A stretch of DNA of 63,789 bases, filler included, from Nitrospinota bacterium (GTDB lineage: Bacteria; JAUXIQ01), in assembly GCA_030620925.1 (NCBI GenBank). It is 11 parts of 11 records of this genome, joined end to end, with 100 filler letters (N's around TTAATTAATTAA, not from the genome) between each part and the next. Parts side by side here need not be neighbours in the genome. Positions count along the whole stretch, not along the records: positions 60,519 to 63,789 come from JAUXIQ010000338.1; 10 more parts are not named here. One strand, given 5' to 3'. The notes under the pieces are model-generated. The model was not told where the DNA came from. It was given only the letters and a program-made list of their open reading frames with translations, and searched no databases. The position numbers were made by a program, and so were the translations under genes. Below are positions 61,276 through 63,789 of this stretch, piece after piece (within the stretch, counting starts at the first letter, position 1; each line of letters begins with the position of its first letter).

Positions 61276-62556
61276 TCACTCCTCCTTTTCCAGTATGGTC
61301 ACTGTAATGTAGGTGCCCGTGCCGGCATGGCTGTGGATGAGGCCCCGCCTGGCCTCCCGGACCTGAAGGGTATCGTCGTCGAAATGTTTCCCGATGGTGC
61401 CCTGAAGCTGCCATATAGCGAAGACCGCCTGCATGAGGCCCGTGGCTCCCACGGGGTGGCCGCAGGCGATCAGGCCACCCGAAGGGTTGACCGGACATCG
61501 GCCGCCTATTTCCGGCTTATCCGAGACGGCAAAAGGACCTCCTTCCCCGTACTTGCAGAGACCAATATCCTCGTAAGTCTGTATCTCGGAGGACGTGTAA
61601 GCATCGTGCAGCTCTACGAAATCAAGCTCGTCCAGTGGATCGGTTATTCCAGCATGCTCGTAGGCCTGCTTGGCGGCCATACGCCCCCCCCTGAAAGAAT
61701 GCACGCCCGGATATTTGAGATGTTTGTAATCTTCAGGGTTTTCGTTGGGAAGCAAAATGACGTCTTTATGAGGCCGGTCGGCCATGCGCATGGCGTCCGT
61801 GCCCCGGCCTATGCCGGTGATTTTCACTCTGGGCACGGTCTTGCCCGAAGCGGCCTCGATCTTTTCTACCCCCTCCTCGCTCGCCAGTATGCAGGCGGCG
61901 GCGCCGTCGGACATGACGCAGATGTCCAGCATGGTGAGCGGCCAGGCCACCAGTGGCGAGCTTCGCACATCCTGAATGGTAAGCTTGCGGCGCTTCTGAG
62001 CGTAAGGGTTATGGAAAGCGTTGCCGTGATTCTTGACGGAGACGGCGGCCATCTGCTCCACCGTGGTGCCGAATTCTTTCATGTGGCGCACCACCATCAT
62101 GGCGTAATAGCCGGAGTAAAAACCTCCAACGGGATAATCGAAGCTCACGTCCGATGCCAGGGCGATGAACTCGTTACCCTTCCAGGTATTGACGTGAGAC
62201 ATGGTCTCGAAGCCGTAGGCCGCGCATACGTCCATGTAGCCGGAAGCGACGGCTTTCCACGCTTCCTGGAAACAGAGGCCGCCCGTAGCCCCTCCGCCTT
62301 CAACCCTGTGGCTGGGCTTGGGGCACAGGCCCAGGTAGTCCTGAACCATTATGCCCGACATTAGCTGACGCTGAAAATGGTCTGAAAAATAGGAGGCCAC
62401 AGAGCCGTCTATGAGCTCGCGGGCTTTGCCGCGCTCGAGGTCCAAATCATTAAGGGCGTATTCATAGGCCTCCTTGACCAGGGCCTGGAAGGTCTTGTCA
62501 GGCCTGGCTTTAGCGAATTTGCTCACTCCGCCTGAGACGGCGTATACCGGTCGCAT
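61276..62556 (-). CDS. Thiolase-fold protein (SCP-x/archaeal type) lacking the N-terminal catalytic Cys
   Basis: RVEGGGATGG, KNHGNA.NPYAQ, SDGAAA, VELHDAY, NPSGGL..GHPVGATG. Confidence 0.9.
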   Translation of the reverse strand: MRPVYAVSGGVSKFAKARPDKTFQALVKEAYEYALNDLDLERGKARELIDGSVASYFSDHFQRQLMSGIMVQDYLGLCPKPSHRVEGGGATGGLCFQEAWKAVASGYMDVCAAYGFETMSHVNTWKGNEFIALASDVSFDYPVGGFYSGYYAMMVVRHMKEFGTTVEQMAAVSVKNHGNAFHNPYAQKRRKLTIQDVRSSPLVAWPLTMLDICVMSDGAAACILASEEGVEKIEAASGKTVPRVKITGIGRGTDAMRMADRPHKDVILLPNENPEDYKHLKYPGVHSFRGGRMAAKQAYEHAGITDPLDELDFVELHDAYTSSEIQTYEDIGLCKYGEGGPFAVSDKPEIGGRCPVNPSGGLIACGHPVGATGLMQAVFAIWQLQGTIGKHFDDDTLQVREARRGLIHSHAGTGTYITVTILEKEE

Positions 62557-62712
62557 GATGCTCTCCTGGTCATGAATGATATATGCGGTGCAGGATTTCA
62601 GCATATTGATAAAGACAGCGTTATACCTGCGAAACTAAATCTTAATATATACCATGAATAAAGCAGGTGGTTAAACGGGAGTGGAGCTGGACGGAAAGGT
62701 TTGAGAAGAGCC

Positions 62713-62748
62713 TTGCGGGAACCTCTGCGATATATAGGGTTCCCGCAA
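62713..62748 (-). terminator. Hairpin, probable terminator
   Basis: TTGCGGGAACC...GGTTCCCGCAA downstream of the E1-beta gene. Confidence 0.6.
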
Positions 62749-62763
62749 AGTAAACCGATGGTG

Positions 62764-63780
62764 TCAGCCTTTTATCTCTTTGACCGCGGCAACGACATTA
62801 TCCACGTCGGGCAGATAAAACTTCTCCAGTGGCGGGCTGAAGGGGACGGGCGTATGGGGTGGAGTGACCATCTTTACGGGTGCATCCAGATAATCGAAGC
62901 CCTTATCAGCCACCAATGCAGAGATGTCGGTGGCAATGGAGCATCTGGGGGAATCTTCGTCCACCACCACCAGACATCCGGTCTTGGATACAGATTCGAG
63001 AATAGACTGTTCATCGAGAGGCGACAGAGAGCGGAGGTCAAGCACTTCGGCGCTTATACCTTCCGGTTCCAGTTTCTGTGCGGCTTCCAGACAAACATGC
63101 ACCATCCTGGATATACCCACCAGCGTCACACCATCCCCCGACCGCTTAATATCGGTCTGACCCAGTGGAATCGAATAGCTTTCTTCTGGAACGTCCCCTT
63201 TGACTCCCAGGAGACCTTTATGCTGGAAGACTATTATCGGGTCGTCGTCGCGTATGGCGCTGGTCAGCAGCCCTTTCATATCGTAAGGAACCGCCGGGGC
63301 GATGCACTTCAAACCCGGGATATGCGTGAAAAGCGAGTAAAGCACCTGCGAATGCTGGGCGGCGGCGTTCACTCCTCCGCCTATGGAACAGCATATAGTC
63401 ATGGGAATTTTTGCTTTTCCGCCGAACATGTAGCGCAGTTTCGCTGCCTGGTTCATTATCTGATCGAAGGCGACTCCCGCAAAGTCCACGAACATCAGCT
63501 CCACGATAGGTCTCAGGCCGGTAGCGGCGGCACCGATGGCGGCGCCGACGAACCCCGATTCGGTTATGGGAGCGTCTATCACACGATTAGCGCCGAACTT
63601 GGTGACAAGCCCTTTAGTGGTTCCAAAGGCGCCTCCCCAGACGTCTTCAATTCCCTGTTCTTTGCGGCCTGCGCCGCCGGCGATATCTTCGCCGATGATT
63701 ATCACGTCGTCGTCCCTTGCCATTTCCTGGGAAATGGCTTCGTTTATAGCCTGTTGATATGTAATTATTCTTTCGGCCAC
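62764..63780 (-). CDS. TPP-dependent dehydrogenase E1 beta subunit (acetoin/pyruvate dehydrogenase-like)
   Basis: GEDI, DAPITESG, ELMFVDF, AAQHSQ, DLRSLSPLD, PVPFSPPLE. Confidence 0.93.
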   Translation of the reverse strand: MAERIITYQQAINEAISQEMARDDDVIIIGEDIAGGAGRKEQGIEDVWGGAFGTTKGLVTKFGANRVIDAPITESGFVGAAIGAAATGLRPIVELMFVDFAGVAFDQIMNQAAKLRYMFGGKAKIPMTICCSIGGGVNAAAQHSQVLYSLFTHIPGLKCIAPAVPYDMKGLLTSAIRDDDPIIVFQHKGLLGVKGDVPEESYSIPLGQTDIKRSGDGVTLVGISRMVHVCLEAAQKLEPEGISAEVLDLRSLSPLDEQSILESVSKTGCLVVVDEDSPRCSIATDISALVADKGFDYLDAPVKMVTPPHTPVPFSPPLEKFYLPDVDNVVAAVKEIKG

Positions 63781-63789
63781 CTTCCTATC

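Noticed and set aside
61129-62364. Long antisense ORFs (e.g. 61129-62364, 2438-3391, 20290-21153, 48037-48915)
   Set aside because: Shadow frames opposite well-supported genes in GC-rich DNA, with no recognisable motifs.

Overview
This window is not continuous DNA. It is 11 short contigs joined by ten artificial 100-nt N spacers that carry TTAATTAATTAA (6656-6755, 12998-13097, 19067-19166, 23916-24015, 27313-27412, 38663-38762, 43083-43182, 46269-46368, 50703-50802, 60419-60518), so gene adjacency only means something within a contig. The content suggests a draft or metagenome-assembled genome of a diderm, probably anaerobic or facultative bacterium; the parA-parB-bactofilin-atpF'FHAGDC order resembles Deltaproteobacteria/Nitrospinota-type lineages (inference). 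Core genes include a 2-oxoacid:ferredoxin oxidoreductase, purU, livHM, hspR with a sigma factor, bamD, two carboxyltransferases, pfkA, parAB with parS, part of the ATP synthase operon, pckA, truA, uvrA, ilvE, NtrBC-like genes, ubiD/ubiX, a thiolase-DUF35 pair and an E1-beta subunit. The most notable signals not explained by the ORF track are: (1) a rhodanese whose frame reads through two in-frame UGA codons (U-T-U in the active-site loop) followed by SECIS-like hairpins, downstream of a TauE/TSUP transporter; (2) a pseudoknotted multi-stem candidate RNA with a terminator at about 12653-12915; (3) an ArsR locus in which three products share a CxCGC motif, including an unannotated 21-aa peptide; (4) tandem type IV pilins next to a DUF2723/TMEM260-like glycosyltransferase, a GT2 and a second GT-C; (5) an orphan DnaA-box/IHF cluster; (6) a Sec-exported protein with a T3SS filament-like C-terminus; (7) an M6 protease-dockerin protein with HQxxH instead of HExxH; (8) a UvrA lacking its insertion domain; and (9) nested REP-like palindrome mosaics. 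All family assignments come from motif recognition; no searches were run.
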